Of a stretch of 64,000 nt of DNA, positions 41,695 to 52,449 are shown one piece after another. The position numbers were made by a program, and so were the translations under genes. Each line of letters starts with the position of its first letter. Within the stretch, counting starts at the first letter, position 1. The stretch comes from an uncultured Pseudomonadales bacterium (GTDB lineage: Bacteria > Pseudomonadota > Gammaproteobacteria > Pseudomonadales > Porticoccaceae): NCBI GenBank assembly GCA_943789145.1, contig CALSSZ010000008.1, positions 5,433 to 69,432 of the forward strand, written 5' to 3'. A model generated the notes under the pieces. It saw only the letters and a program-made list of their open reading frames with translations. It made no database searches and was not told the origin of the DNA.

Positions 41695-43221
41695 CTAGGG
41701 CTGTTCTAATTTATTAAGGGCCACTGGCAATAAGCGCTCAATAAACTTGCTATAAGCCAGAGTTGAGGGGTGTAGCCGGTCAGCGGCTACCAGCATAGGA
41801 TCTTCCAAACCCTCTCTGGTGATGTCGGTAATATAAACATATGTCAGGCCATTGTCTTCACAATAGTCTCTGGCAAAGTTGTTATAGAGATCTATGCCAG
41901 CACTGATGCGCGTGGGCTCTCTAAATTCGCCAAAGGGGGTATAGGCGTAGTCGGGAATGGACAGCGCGATAAGCTTGCTGGGATCTCCGCCAACAAAAGA
42001 AATAGCCCTGTCTACCAGTTCTATAAACTCTGTCTCATAGACTTCAAAAGGCCGGCTTTGAGATTGGTTATTTACCCCAATTAGCAGAGTTACCAAATCA
42101 AAATCACTGGCTGGGGCTTCGCTTTCTATAGCGCTCAATAGATTAGTGGTGGTCCAGCCGGTCTCGGCGATAACTTGCAAACTGATGGTATCCCGGTCTG
42201 AGTATTCAAAAACCAGGCTTTGCTTAAGCTGTTCGGGAAAGCTGCAGGTATCGCATACTCCTTGGCCGATCGTGTAGCTGTCGCCCAGAGATAGCAGCTT
42301 AAGATTGAGCGCATCGTCACGATCGGTAGATCTAAAGAACCGCCAGATCAGCTGATAAAGGTCAAAGTCCTCTCCAAATTCGGTACTGTGACCAGTATCT
42401 TCCGCTATAAAATAGCGCACCTTCTTATTATCCAGGCAGCCGGTAAAAGTAACTTCCTCTACCGATCGTTCACCCCAGGTTGTGGATCTGCTAGAGGGGG
42501 TCATTTCGCAGTTGAAGTTTGACGCCCAGTTTTCTGCACTGTCCTGGGCGGACATAAAATCACTGTCAGCAACACCAATACCGCCGTTTAACGGCACCAG
42601 TTCGTCATCGGTGCCATTAACTTGAAATACAGAGAGAGCCTGCGATGGCACTGTTTCTCCAGTTGCGACGGTCTGCTGACTAATCAGCGGGGCAATACCG
42701 CTAAATACTGAGGCCTCTTTGGCGATTTTATTGACCAGGCCTGCACCGTTAGAAATGCCTACTCCATAGACCCTATCCAGATTAAAGCTGCTGTCAGCAT
42801 CCAGGCTGTTAATAATCAGCGATACAAATGCCACATCATCAGCATTGGTTTCACCGCTGACATTCCAGCGCTGTTCATAACCATCGGGGAAAATACCAAT
42901 AAACTGTCCAGCATCAATTAGATCGCTAATATCCGGGTTATTGCTTAAAACAGCCTCACCACTGCCGCCAGCACCATGGAAAAAGAACACCACAGGGTAG
43001 CTGTTATTGGTCTGTTCCTCAGGAGCGCGGATCAAAAAGGTTCGATCGACTAGCTGGCCCCTAATAGTCTGGCTGACTATATTCTGCCCAGGCACAGGGA
43101 CTGAGATGGGCTCTGGGGTCGGAGTTGTAGGCTGGGGTTGAGATGCTAGGGTAGGGGAGCCGCCACCTCCGCCACCGCAGGCCGTTAGCAGGCAAACTGA
43201 TAACCAGATAACTAATCTCAT
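41695..43221 (-). CDS. Lipoprotein: alpha/beta-hydrolase (LpqC/PHB-depolymerase-like) fused to an SGNH/GDSL hydrolase
   Basis: Lipobox LTAC, Pro/Thr linker, FHGAGG, GISNG, DELVP, GH; then LGDSYT, GWTT, GVNN, DRLHP. Confidence 0.85.
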   Translation of the reverse strand: MRLVIWLSVCLLTACGGGGGGSPTLASQPQPTTPTPEPISVPVPGQNIVSQTIRGQLVDRTFLIRAPEEQTNNSYPVVFFFHGAGGSGEAVLSNNPDISDLIDAGQFIGIFPDGYEQRWNVSGETNADDVAFVSLIINSLDADSSFNLDRVYGVGISNGAGLVNKIAKEASVFSGIAPLISQQTVATGETVPSQALSVFQVNGTDDELVPLNGGIGVADSDFMSAQDSAENWASNFNCEMTPSSRSTTWGERSVEEVTFTGCLDNKKVRYFIAEDTGHSTEFGEDFDLYQLIWRFFRSTDRDDALNLKLLSLGDSYTIGQGVCDTCSFPEQLKQSLVFEYSDRDTISLQVIAETGWTTTNLLSAIESEAPASDFDLVTLLIGVNNQSQSRPFEVYETEFIELVDRAISFVGGDPSKLIALSIPDYAYTPFGEFREPTRISAGIDLYNNFARDYCEDNGLTYVYITDITREGLEDPMLVAADRLHPSTLAYSKFIERLLPVALNKLEQP

Positions 43222-43231
43222 GCTCTATTTT

Positions 43232-43453
43232 TCAGCGGTCTTTTTTCGTGCGGACAATAGTAGTCTCCAGGCTGTCGTCCTGGAGACGCTTATCAATCTC
43301 TTCCATCGACAGATAATCCAGGTCCCAGTGATTGCAAATATCATTTCTGTACCTGGTGTGGTTTTTGTCGGTGGACTCTGATGTCTTTCGGTTAAAGTAT
43401 TTAAGTAATCTATCGGAAATAGCCATAAGAGATATACTACAGAATCCTGACAT
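43232..43453 (-). CDS. Small hypothetical protein
   Basis: 73-aa ORF ending 10 nt before the lipoprotein start; no family recognised. Confidence 0.4.
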   Translation of the reverse strand: MSGFCSISLMAISDRLLKYFNRKTSESTDKNHTRYRNDICNHWDLDYLSMEEIDKRLQDDSLETTIVRTKKDR

Positions 43454-43629
43454 TGGATTGTTCAGCCACCGGTCAGTGAATCGAATCCAAGCCTTCTATT
43501 TGTCGGTTTTTTTAGTTAATGGTACCGATATCAATGGTATTATTTCTCGCCGCTATCATTAAAACATATCCCGTATTGCCTGCTTCGGTCAGTTGATACA
43601 GAGGATACCAACCAAAAAGGGTTTTTTAG

Positions 43630-44784
43630 GTGTACGAGATACTCTCGCTGGCTATTGTTATTACCCTGGGGACTTCGCTGTTTATCTGTCTTAAATGGCG
43701 CAATCTTGTTGTCACCGGCCCCATGCCATTATCTCTGCTGGCGTTTTCGGCAATACTGTTTACCTCTGGTCTAGACGTAGGCCTGATAATGTTCCCGCTG
43801 GTGGAGTTTCCGGTCTATGCCGCTGAAGAGGCCTATAGCTTTACCAACCCTCTGGCAATTGAGTTTGGCTTTTGGGGCTTTCTGGTCTGGGCATTCTATT
43901 TCTTAACCACGTTCTATTTTTGTATTGTCGAACCCAGAGTGAAGCTATTTGAGCTGCCCGCTATTCGCTGGCTTAACAATGCCATTATTATCGCCACCTG
44001 TGCCTTTACCGCTTTTTTATTTTTAAGCTACGCACCCAGCTATATAGAGGGCATCACAGCACCACAGCAGTACCTGCTGGTGGGCTTAATTATTTTGATT
44101 GCCGTGTTCTCCAGCACAGATATTCGCTATGTAAAGATTCTCAGCCTCAGTTCCAGTGCACTGTTTCTGGTGCTAACTCTGGTGATGCTAATGGCCTCTG
44201 GTGCCTCTATGCAGGGGTATTTAGGCTCCATAGCAAATATTGGCGGGTACTTTGCGAACCTGCATCGTTTTGTTAGTCCAATTAGCGATTACCATGGTTG
44301 GTACCTTTTTTGGTGGTTTGCCTGGAGCATTATGATTGGTCAGTTTGTAGCCAGATTTGTCAGTGGTTTAAAAACCTGGCAGCTGCTAATAGCGCTGTTG
44401 ATCATTCCCTCTGTTGCTATTGGTCTGTGGTTTTCGGTGCTCTATTATTATTTCTCCAATGAGATTGCAGTGGCCGGTATACTGCGCACCACCATGGTAA
44501 CCCTGGGCGTTATCTTTGTGATTAATTCGCTGGATTCATTAATCCGTCTTTACACAGATAATTTGTCGATGACTGTGAACCGTTTGGGGCGGCATCAGTA
44601 TATTATGGGCAACTGGTTGCTGCTGAGCGGGCTGGTGCTGTTATACCAGCTTACCCCTCTCAAGATTGAATGGGTGGGCCTGTTGGTGATTGGTTTGTAT
44701 ATGGTGATTTATATTATACTATACAGGCAAAGAAGTCTGCTTGGCGAGGATTTTCCTCAGTCTCAGTCCGATCACCGGGCCTAA
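43630..44784 (+). CDS. Short BCCT-family transporter (probable choline uptake)
   Basis: [24 protein letters not shown] and [24 protein letters not shown] signatures; adjacent to betA. Confidence 0.85.
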   Translation: MYEILSLAIVITLGTSLFICLKWRNLVVTGPMPLSLLAFSAILFTSGLDVGLIMFPLVEFPVYAAEEAYSFTNPLAIEFGFWGFLVWAFYFLTTFYFCIVEPRVKLFELPAIRWLNNAIIIATCAFTAFLFLSYAPSYIEGITAPQQYLLVGLIILIAVFSSTDIRYVKILSLSSSALFLVLTLVMLMASGASMQGYLGSIANIGGYFANLHRFVSPISDYHGWYLFWWFAWSIMIGQFVARFVSGLKTWQLLIALLIIPSVAIGLWFSVLYYYFSNEIAVAGILRTTMVTLGVIFVINSLDSLIRLYTDNLSMTVNRLGRHQYIMGNWLLLSGLVLLYQLTPLKIEWVGLLVIGLYMVIYIILYRQRSLLGEDFPQSQSDHRA

Positions 44785-44786
44785 AC

Positions 44787-46502
44787 ATGGTGTATAAAGC
44801 AGTGCTACAGACAAAAGATTACGACTTTATTGTGGTGGGTGCGGGCTCAGCAGGTGCCATTGTGGCCTCCAGGCTGTCTGAAGACCCGGACTGCAATGTA
44901 TTATTAGCAGAGTACGGCGGGTCTGATGCCAGTGTATTTATCCGTATGCCTTCGGCTCTGGGTATTCCGATGAATAGCAGTAAGTATAATTGGGGCTTTG
45001 AGACAGCTCCTGAACCCTATCTAAACAACCGACGCATGAATTGCCCGAGAGGCAAGGTCATGGGTGGCACATCTTCTATCAACGGCATGGTCTATGTCAG
45101 AGGCAATGCTGCGGATTACGATGAGTGGGAGTCCCATGGTGCTGCCGGGTGGAATTACCAAAACTGTCTGCCTTACTTTAAAAAGCTTGAAAATCACCAG
45201 TGTCGAAGTAGCGAATACTCTGGCTCTGAAGGCCCGGTAGTAATATCCGCTGGCAATAATATGCGTAATCCTCTCTACCGAGCTTTTATCGATGCCGGGG
45301 TCGAGGCGGGTTACAGCGAGACTGATGACTACAATGGCTATCGGCAAGAGGGCTTTGGGCAGAAGTTTATGAATGTTGATGCTGGAGTGCGTGCATCTAC
45401 CAGCCATGCCTATCTTAAAACAGCCAAAAAAAGACCTAATCTAACAATTCTCAAGCGTGCTCTGGTGTCTGGAATCCAGTTTAAGGGTAAAACAGCCACC
45501 GGTATTCAATATATAAAAGGCGGCAAAATCAGGCAAGCCAGCGCGGCCCGAGAGGTTATACTCTGTGCTGGAGCCATAGGCTCGCCGCATCTACTGCAGG
45601 TGTCTGGTGTGGGGCCAAAAGGCATATTAGAAGCCGCTGGCATTAAACCTGTTCATGACCTACCAGGGGTGGGTGAAAACCTTCAGGACCATCTCGAATT
45701 TAATTTTCAGTATCGCTGCAAGCAGCCTATCAGCCTCAATGGCAAATTAGGGCTGTTGCAAAAGGGGCTAATTGGCGCTCAGTGGCTGCTGTTCAAGACT
45801 GGCCTGGGGCGCAGCAATCATTTTGAATCCTGCGCGTTTATTCGCTCCAGAGCCGGTGTAAAGTCGCCAGATATTCAGTATCACTTTTTGCCTGGAGCAG
45901 TCACCTATGATGGCTCCGAAGCCATTAAAGGCCATGGCTTTCAGGTGCATGTAGGGCATAATAAGCCTACCAGCAGAGGCTATGTGCGGGCGCTGTCCAC
46001 TGATATCAGTCAGCATCCCCAGATACTGTTTAACTATTTGCAGACCGAGGAAGACAGACAGGGCTTTCGAGACTGCGTGCATCTAACCAGAGAAATTATG
46101 AATCAGCCTGCAATGGATGCTTATCGCGGCGAGGTTATTCAACCAGCGTCCAAGATGGCGAGCGATGAACAGATTGACGCCTTTGTCCGCGACTCAGTAG
46201 ACAGTGCCTATCATCCAGCTGGCACCTGTAAAATAGGTGTTGATCAGATGGCTGTGGTGGATGCGGAATTGCGGGTGCATGGTCTCTCCAACCTGCGAGT
46301 TATTGATTCCTCAGTGTTCCCCACGGTGCCCAATGGCAACCTAAACGCTCCTACCATGATGGTTGCAGAGCGCGGTGCAGATTTAATTAAGGGTCACAGT
46401 CTCAAGCTTTCCAAGCCAGTACCGACATATACAGATAAGGACTGGAAACATAGGCAAAGACAGGGTGTCCCAGCCCGCCAGGGCTTAGGATTTCAAAGAT
46501 AA
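44787..46502 (+). CDS. betA: Choline dehydrogenase (GMC oxidoreductase)
   Basis: [55 protein letters not shown]. Confidence 0.9.
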   Translation: MVYKAVLQTKDYDFIVVGAGSAGAIVASRLSEDPDCNVLLAEYGGSDASVFIRMPSALGIPMNSSKYNWGFETAPEPYLNNRRMNCPRGKVMGGTSSINGMVYVRGNAADYDEWESHGAAGWNYQNCLPYFKKLENHQCRSSEYSGSEGPVVISAGNNMRNPLYRAFIDAGVEAGYSETDDYNGYRQEGFGQKFMNVDAGVRASTSHAYLKTAKKRPNLTILKRALVSGIQFKGKTATGIQYIKGGKIRQASAAREVILCAGAIGSPHLLQVSGVGPKGILEAAGIKPVHDLPGVGENLQDHLEFNFQYRCKQPISLNGKLGLLQKGLIGAQWLLFKTGLGRSNHFESCAFIRSRAGVKSPDIQYHFLPGAVTYDGSEAIKGHGFQVHVGHNKPTSRGYVRALSTDISQHPQILFNYLQTEEDRQGFRDCVHLTREIMNQPAMDAYRGEVIQPASKMASDEQIDAFVRDSVDSAYHPAGTCKIGVDQMAVVDAELRVHGLSNLRVIDSSVFPTVPNGNLNAPTMMVAERGADLIKGHSLKLSKPVPTYTDKDWKHRQRQGVPARQGLGFQR

Positions 46503-46504
46503 CT

Positions 46505-47308
46505 ATGCTTACTAAAACTCATTCAACTGTAGACGTATTTAACCAGCACTGGGCTGTTGGCAAGCATAATAACGACTTTGAATCCTCATTGCGGCTTGCT
46601 GTGGAGTATGAGTTGGATCATGGCGAAATAAACACCGATCTGCTGCAGAGTCTTGGATTTAGAGACAAACTGGAGGATGATCATGGGCGGGGAGTCTATC
46701 TGCACAGCAGAATTAGGCAGCTATCAAAACGCAAAGATTCCATTGTTGGGCAAGCTACCAGAATAAAAAGAATCGAGTCAGAAATGAGTTGGGTTCAGAA
46801 GTCTCTCAAAAATTTGAAAGATAATCACGGCGAGTTGCAAACCGAACCCTCTCTAGAGTCTATAGAGGCCGCTAAAAATAGCCTTGTTTTGCAGCAAAAA
46901 GCCGAAATGGATATTGAGGGCAAGCTGGCACAGGCTCTCTCCTGGGCAGTTACTATTGCAGCGATTGTATTTGTTTTGAGCTTAATTCCGGTTTTGCTGG
47001 TTTTTCCCAGCATGGCGTCCCATCAGTTTTCTTTATCTATTTTGGCTACTCTAGCAGGCACCATAGTATTTGGAGGGTTGGTTTTTTTTGGCACTCAAAG
47101 ATCCCATGAAAATTTAAATTTCCATTTGCGAACCCAGCACGATGAAGATTTAAATAACGAGGCCATGATTAAGGAGCTTGGCCTGCAAATTGAAAACGAA
47201 GAATTTCACCGCGTAGCCGCACAGATCCAGGAATTGCAAATGAATACTGCGCGGCTAAGGTATTCTCATAAAGTGAGTGCTGAGCGTCTGAATGCCCTGT
47301 TCATGTAA
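46505..47308 (+). CDS. Hypothetical 2-TM protein flanked by coiled-coil-like segments
   Basis: 267-aa AT-rich ORF filling the whole gap between betA and the next gene. Confidence 0.65.
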   Translation: MLTKTHSTVDVFNQHWAVGKHNNDFESSLRLAVEYELDHGEINTDLLQSLGFRDKLEDDHGRGVYLHSRIRQLSKRKDSIVGQATRIKRIESEMSWVQKSLKNLKDNHGELQTEPSLESIEAAKNSLVLQQKAEMDIEGKLAQALSWAVTIAAIVFVLSLIPVLLVFPSMASHQFSLSILATLAGTIVFGGLVFFGTQRSHENLNFHLRTQHDEDLNNEAMIKELGLQIENEEFHRVAAQIQELQMNTARLRYSHKVSAERLNALFM

Positions 47309-47312
47309 GGCG

Positions 47313-49604
47313 ATGTTAAAAACGCTTTTTGCAGCCCCATTGACAGGCTCGCTTGGTTATTTTCTATTATCCTCTCAGGCTCAGGCCGCTATCAGCATAG
47401 ATGGTGTGCTGGACGAACCAGAATGGGCAGGGGCAGAGCTTTACACTGAGTTTGTTACTGTGGAGCCGCTGACCGGGGAACAGGCAAAATATCCCACTGA
47501 GGTGCGTCTAATCAGCACCGCCGAGGGTATCTTTATTGGTTTTACCAATTATCAACCGGCATCCATAAAGCGAGTAAATCGGCAGTTCCCCAGGGATGCC
47601 GAGATTGAGGCAGACCGCAATGTAGTCAGCATTGATTTCGATGGCACTGCCCTGGCAGGTTATGACTTTACTGTGGGCTCAGCCAATTCACAGCAGGATG
47701 GCATAGTGACGCCTGGTAATTATTCTGCCGACTGGGATGGTATCTGGTACTCCCAGACCTCCTCAGAGGCGGATTATTGGTACAGCGAAATTCATATTCC
47801 CTGGACAGTTGCGCCCATGACTAATTCACCAGATGGCCGCAAAAATATAGGTCTTTGGTTTTCGCGGGTGGTATTTGATGAGTCTCTGCGCTTTGCCTTT
47901 CCCCAATGCCTATTTCACCCGCACAAGGTTTATGGAGGACTGGGAGCCACTGGAGGTAACTCAGGTAAACACTTCTACCATGGATTGGTTTCCCTATATT
48001 AGTTACAGCAGTGATCTCTATGATGGCGAAGCCTCAGAGTCAGGCGGTAGCAATGACTTTGATGGCGGTCTAGACTTTGTCTGGCGCCCCAACAGTAACA
48101 CCCAGCTCACCGGTGCTATTAACCCGGATTTTGGGCAGGTGGAGAGTGATGACCTGGTGGTTAATTTCTCTGCTGTAGAAACCTTTGTTACCGAGAAGCG
48201 ACCGTTCTTTCACAGAAAACCAATCGCTGTTTAGCGCTAATATCCCCAACGGCGATCAGGCCCTGTATACCCGGCGTATTGGCGCGGGGCCTGCAAGTTA
48301 TACGCAGCAGTCTTGTAGACATAGAGTTGGCCGCCAAACTGACCTATTTTGGCGAGACTACAGATTTGGGCCTATTTGCGGTGAGCGAAGATAGTGCAGA
48401 TAGCAGTCTGGGTGGAGACTTCTTGTCGACCAGGCTACAGCATAAGGTCGCTGGTCTGACTCTGGGTCATCGGCTGACTTATGTCGAGCGATCTGAACTG
48501 AATAGAGAGGCCAGAGTTCAGGTGGCCGATATGATCTGGCAAAAAAGTGACACTACAGAAATTCGCGGGCAGATTCTCCACTCGGATATCAGTCAGCAGG
48601 GTAACAGCATTAATGACCAGGCCAGCATTAGTAATCAGGACTTTGCCGGCTGGGTCAATTGGTCCTATGCACCCAATGATGAGTGGTATCACATTCTATA
48701 TCTGTCCCATTATGGCGACAGCTTTGATATGAACGATATGGGCTATATGCAGCGCAATGACTTTAGAGAGTTTTTTGGCAGCACCCGCTATGACCGGTTG
48801 CGGTTTTCTGACAGCTCGCGATTTCTCTCCAGCTCCACTGTACTGGAATATGGCTCCACAGAAACTACCGGCGGCGACCGCCTCTTTCTATGGGCAGAGC
48901 TGGATCACAGCTGGACTTACAGGTCGACCCGCAAGCTGGCCCTTGAGGGAGGTGCTGCGGCTCCTGGTTGGGATGATCAGATTACCAGAGGCAATGGGAT
49001 GCTGGCCGGCTCGGCGCGCTATTGGTTGGAGACTAGATATGCCAGCCCCAGAGGGAACAATTTTACCTACAGTGTCAGGGTTAATCTGGAATACAGCGAC
49101 ACCGAAAAACTGGCTCTGGATATGAACTTTAAGCCCCAATTCTACCTCAGTGAAACCGTTACTCTGGGTGGTAAATTTAGCTATAAAAAACTTCAGCAAT
49201 GGCTGATTTGGGACTTTGCTACAGAGCAGCTGGCAGCCTATAACGCCGATCATTTCAATGTGGATATTCGGGTTGACTGGTACCCCTCGAGCCGCCAGGA
49301 AGTGCGCCTAAAATTCCAGTGGGTAGGCATAGAATCGGCCCAGATAAACAGCTATCAGCTGACCAATGCAGGGCGTCTGCTGTCTTCAGATATCCAGGCC
49401 ACGGATTTTAGCTTAAGCGATACTGCCTTGCAGCTGCGCTACAGGTATCAGCTGGCGCCTCTGTCCGATATTTTTTTGGTCTATAGCCGCGGAGGCTATT
49501 TCGATACTGACGAGGCTGATAGGGGGCCGGGAAATTTGCTGCAGCAGGGATGGGATGGATTGCAGGTTGAATCTATTATAGCCAAGCTACGCTATAGATT
49601 TTAG
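47313..49604 (+). CDS. CBM9-like/DUF5916 outer-membrane protein, split by three frameshifts
   Basis: IDGVLDEPEW, EIHIPW, INPDFGQVESD, EKRPFF, YTRRIG and terminal KLRYRF across ORFs 47292-48002, 47875-48234, 48185-48394 and 48279-49604. Confidence 0.8.
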
Positions 49605-49934
49605 TGGTATTTGAAGCCTTGGTGAGAATCAGAGTGCTGGGCATCAAGAATTGAGAAATTTCTTTCCTAAAGTTCTTGGGTAAGATTGGGGTATCAGTTT
49701 TTAATGACTGAAAAATGATTAAATAGGTACTTATTTAGCTGTGCTTCTTGCATCATTTAATATGATTGATATCATCAAGATTTACCAAACAGCAATGAAC
49801 CATCGTGACTTTTACAAATCAAACTCTGTGTTCTTATAGCTCATCGAATTAACCCAAAAAAACCTAGTTTTAGCTTGAATAAAAAGCCTTTATTTGTAAT
49901 AGTCCCGAAAAAATTGAAATAGGATTTTGTAACA

Positions 49935-50684
49935 ATGAAGTATCTGTCACTTTTAGCATTTATGGCTGTGTTTATAGCCTCAACCCCGTCCGCGTCTGAG
50001 CTAGATGATCTTCAGGTTGCTGCCGAAAATGGCAATCCAGCGGCCCAATACTTTTTGGGGGTCATGCACGCGCAAGGGATTGATGTTGAAAAAAATACAG
50101 CTACGGCTGTTGAATGGTACTTAAAAGCAGCTGAGCAGGGTTTTGTGGAGGCTCAATATAATTTGGCATATATGTTTATGACAGGGGATGGCGTTGCTAA
50201 GGATGTGAATAAAGCCGCTGACTGGTATCTAAAGTCAGCCGAGGCTGGTCTGCCTGACGGGCAATTTAATCTCTCTCTTATGTATAAGCAAGGAGAAGGG
50301 GTAGAACAGGATGTTGAGTTGGCGATCAAATGGGCGAAATTGGCGGCAGAACAGGGTCATCTGGATTCCCAGCGCAATCTTGGAGCCTGGTTTGGAAAGG
50401 GTGAGGGTATAGAGGTCGATGATCAAGAGGCTTTTAAATGGTATTTGATGGCTGCTAAGCAGGGATATGAGTCGGCCACTATTATAGTGGGAGGTCGGTA
50501 CCTTTATGCTGGAGGGGTGGCCAAGGATTTGATAAAAGCCCATGCTTGGTTATCCATGTCAGACAGTGACATGGCAAAAGGCTATCTCAATCAGGCAGAA
50601 AAAGAGATGTCCGAACCGCAAATTGAAAAAGCGGAAGTCTATGCGGCGGCTTGTCTTGAATCTGACTATAAAGATTGTGATTAA
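49935..50684 (+). CDS. Secreted Sel1-like repeat protein
   Basis: Signal peptide and about five repeats of AQYNL...G.GV..D...A..WY.KAAEQG. Confidence 0.93.
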   Translation: MKYLSLLAFMAVFIASTPSASELDDLQVAAENGNPAAQYFLGVMHAQGIDVEKNTATAVEWYLKAAEQGFVEAQYNLAYMFMTGDGVAKDVNKAADWYLKSAEAGLPDGQFNLSLMYKQGEGVEQDVELAIKWAKLAAEQGHLDSQRNLGAWFGKGEGIEVDDQEAFKWYLMAAKQGYESATIIVGGRYLYAGGVAKDLIKAHAWLSMSDSDMAKGYLNQAEKEMSEPQIEKAEVYAAACLESDYKDCD

Positions 50685-50795
50685 ATTTAAGTGTATGACT
50701 CCCGTAAGAGCGGGCAGCTTAATAATCAGGATGGTCGCTATTGGCATTTTCCAAGTAGTAGCATTATTTTAGTGGGATAACAAAAAGAGCAAACC

Positions 50796-51564
50796 ATGAA
50801 ACCAGTCTGTTTAGTGATCGGCGCCGGCGCAGGTATTGGCGGTAACGTGGGTATGGGTTTTGCGGCCGAGGGTTACCATGCAGTGCTCTGCCGTCGCAGC
50901 GATCAAAACGGGCTTAACAAACTGGTGGCCGACATTCAGGCACAGGGTGGAGATGCCTCGGGCTTTCTACTCAATGCGATACAGCCAGACACCATCGAGC
51001 AAGATGGTTGAGAATATCGAAAAGGACACTAGGCCCTATCGAAGCCGTGGTATCTACAACCTGGGTGCCCAGATCGGCGACCGCGCACTGGCAGACACCT
51101 CATACAAAGCTTTTGAGATGGGATGGCGCATTGCCACCCAGGGTTTATTTCGCGCTGCCTCCTCGGTCTGCCCGCTGATGGAAAAACGAGGTCATGGCAC
51201 AATTATCGTAACCTCTGCCACGGCTGCGGTGCGTGGCAATGCAGGTCAGCACTCCCACGCTGCAGCCATGGGCGGGCGTCGCATGCTGTGCCAGTCGCTC
51301 AATGCAGAAATGGGCCCCAAAGGAATTCATGTGGCCCATGTGCTTATCGATGGCGTCGTAGATGCGCCGGACACTCTAGGTAAGATGCTTGGGCCAGAAC
51401 AGTTTCAGGCGCTGCGAGAGAGCAGGGGCCTCGAGCATGATGGCCTAATGCTGCCAGACAAAATTGCCGAGACCTATCTGCACCTGGCCCAGCAGCACAG
51501 ATCCACCTGGACTCATGAACTAGATCTGCGCTCATTTACCGATCTGCCTTGGTGGAACCACTAG
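50796..51564 (+). CDS. Atypical SDR family oxidoreductase, frameshifted near 51000-51050
   Basis: GAGAGIG in ORF 50796-51011; TSATAAVRG...GIHVAHVLIDG...WTHELDLR in ORF 50836-51564. Confidence 0.85.
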
Positions 51565-51866
51565 TACAGCTGGTTATCCCCAAGAGGCACTTCCAGAGCA
51601 TTAGAGCCAGTTTTATCCGGCCCGCCCACCATTTCATCATAGGGGCCGGTGTGGCGCAGCACAGTCTCTGTTGCCTTTACCTTGGCCAGAGCTTTTTGCA
51701 GCTCAATCAACTTGTGAGACTTCAGAAAATTGCCGCTGTTATCGGCAATATAGTATTCCTCACCCTCCACCATGGCAGACACCATATACAGGCTTAAATC
51801 TACCGAATGGTAAATCAGTTTGTCGACTACAAAATATTTTTTCTGCTTTGCCAGAGGCATTTTCAT
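51561..51866 (-). CDS. DUF6482-like protein
   Basis: KLIYHSVD...LRHTGPYDEMVG.P...NALEVPL. Confidence 0.75.
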   Translation of the reverse strand: MKMPLAKQKKYFVVDKLIYHSVDLSLYMVSAMVEGEEYYIADNSGNFLKSHKLIELQKALAKVKATETVLRHTGPYDEMVGGPDKTGSNALEVPLGDNQLY

Positions 51867-51894
51867 AGGGCAGGTCCTGATGGGTTATAACGCG

Positions 51895-51918
51895 AAAAGC
51901 CCTCCGAAGAGGGCTTTT
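51895..51918. terminator. Bidirectional intrinsic terminator
   Basis: AAAAGCCCTC-CGAA-GAGGGCTTTT perfect stem (UUCG loop on the minus strand). Confidence 0.88.
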
Positions 51919-51942
51919 GACTGAAAACACAGCTTCTGGGTT

Positions 51943-52308
51943 TTATACTAGCTGAATTGCCATGTAGACCATACACACCACAGAGGCCACCCAGGAGGCC
52001 GAGCGCAGCATACTGATGCCCAGCAGATACAGCGGGATATAAACAACGCGCAGAACCAGCCAGATCATGGCCGTAGCACCAATATCCACCTGTAACTGCA
52101 TAGCCAGCAGGCAGAGGGCTAAAAACGCCGGTAAGCTGGCCTGCAGATTGGCCGAGGCCCGGCTCGCTCGCTCATAGATAACCGTGGTTTCAACAGTCTC
52201 ATCTCGGCTGGAGAACAACCAGGCAGTATTTTTCAGATTGAGGAACATAGGCAGCAGCCAGATTTGCACCAGGGCCAGTGCCAGGGTGTAGATAATAATA
52301 TCGCTCAT
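51943..52308 (-). CDS. MAPEG family membrane protein
   Basis: RASRASANLQASLPAF...RVVYIPLYLLGISMLRS. Confidence 0.88.
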   Translation of the reverse strand: MSDIIIYTLALALVQIWLLPMFLNLKNTAWLFSSRDETVETTVIYERASRASANLQASLPAFLALCLLAMQLQVDIGATAMIWLVLRVVYIPLYLLGISMLRSASWVASVVCMVYMAIQLV

Positions 52309-52449
52309 CGGGGTTTCCTTTTTTATTATTGTTGGTCGATGTATTTAGCTTAACAACAAAATTGCTTCCGTCGTACCCCTTTGGCGTATCTTTAAAACAT
52401 TTATAAGGGTGATAGACTGCTATTATCAATGACAGGCGGCAGAACAGCT

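Noticed and set aside
43500..43560. BetI operator upstream of the BCCT gene
   Set aside because: Only a half match (TCAAT) to the dyad, and no betI is present in the window
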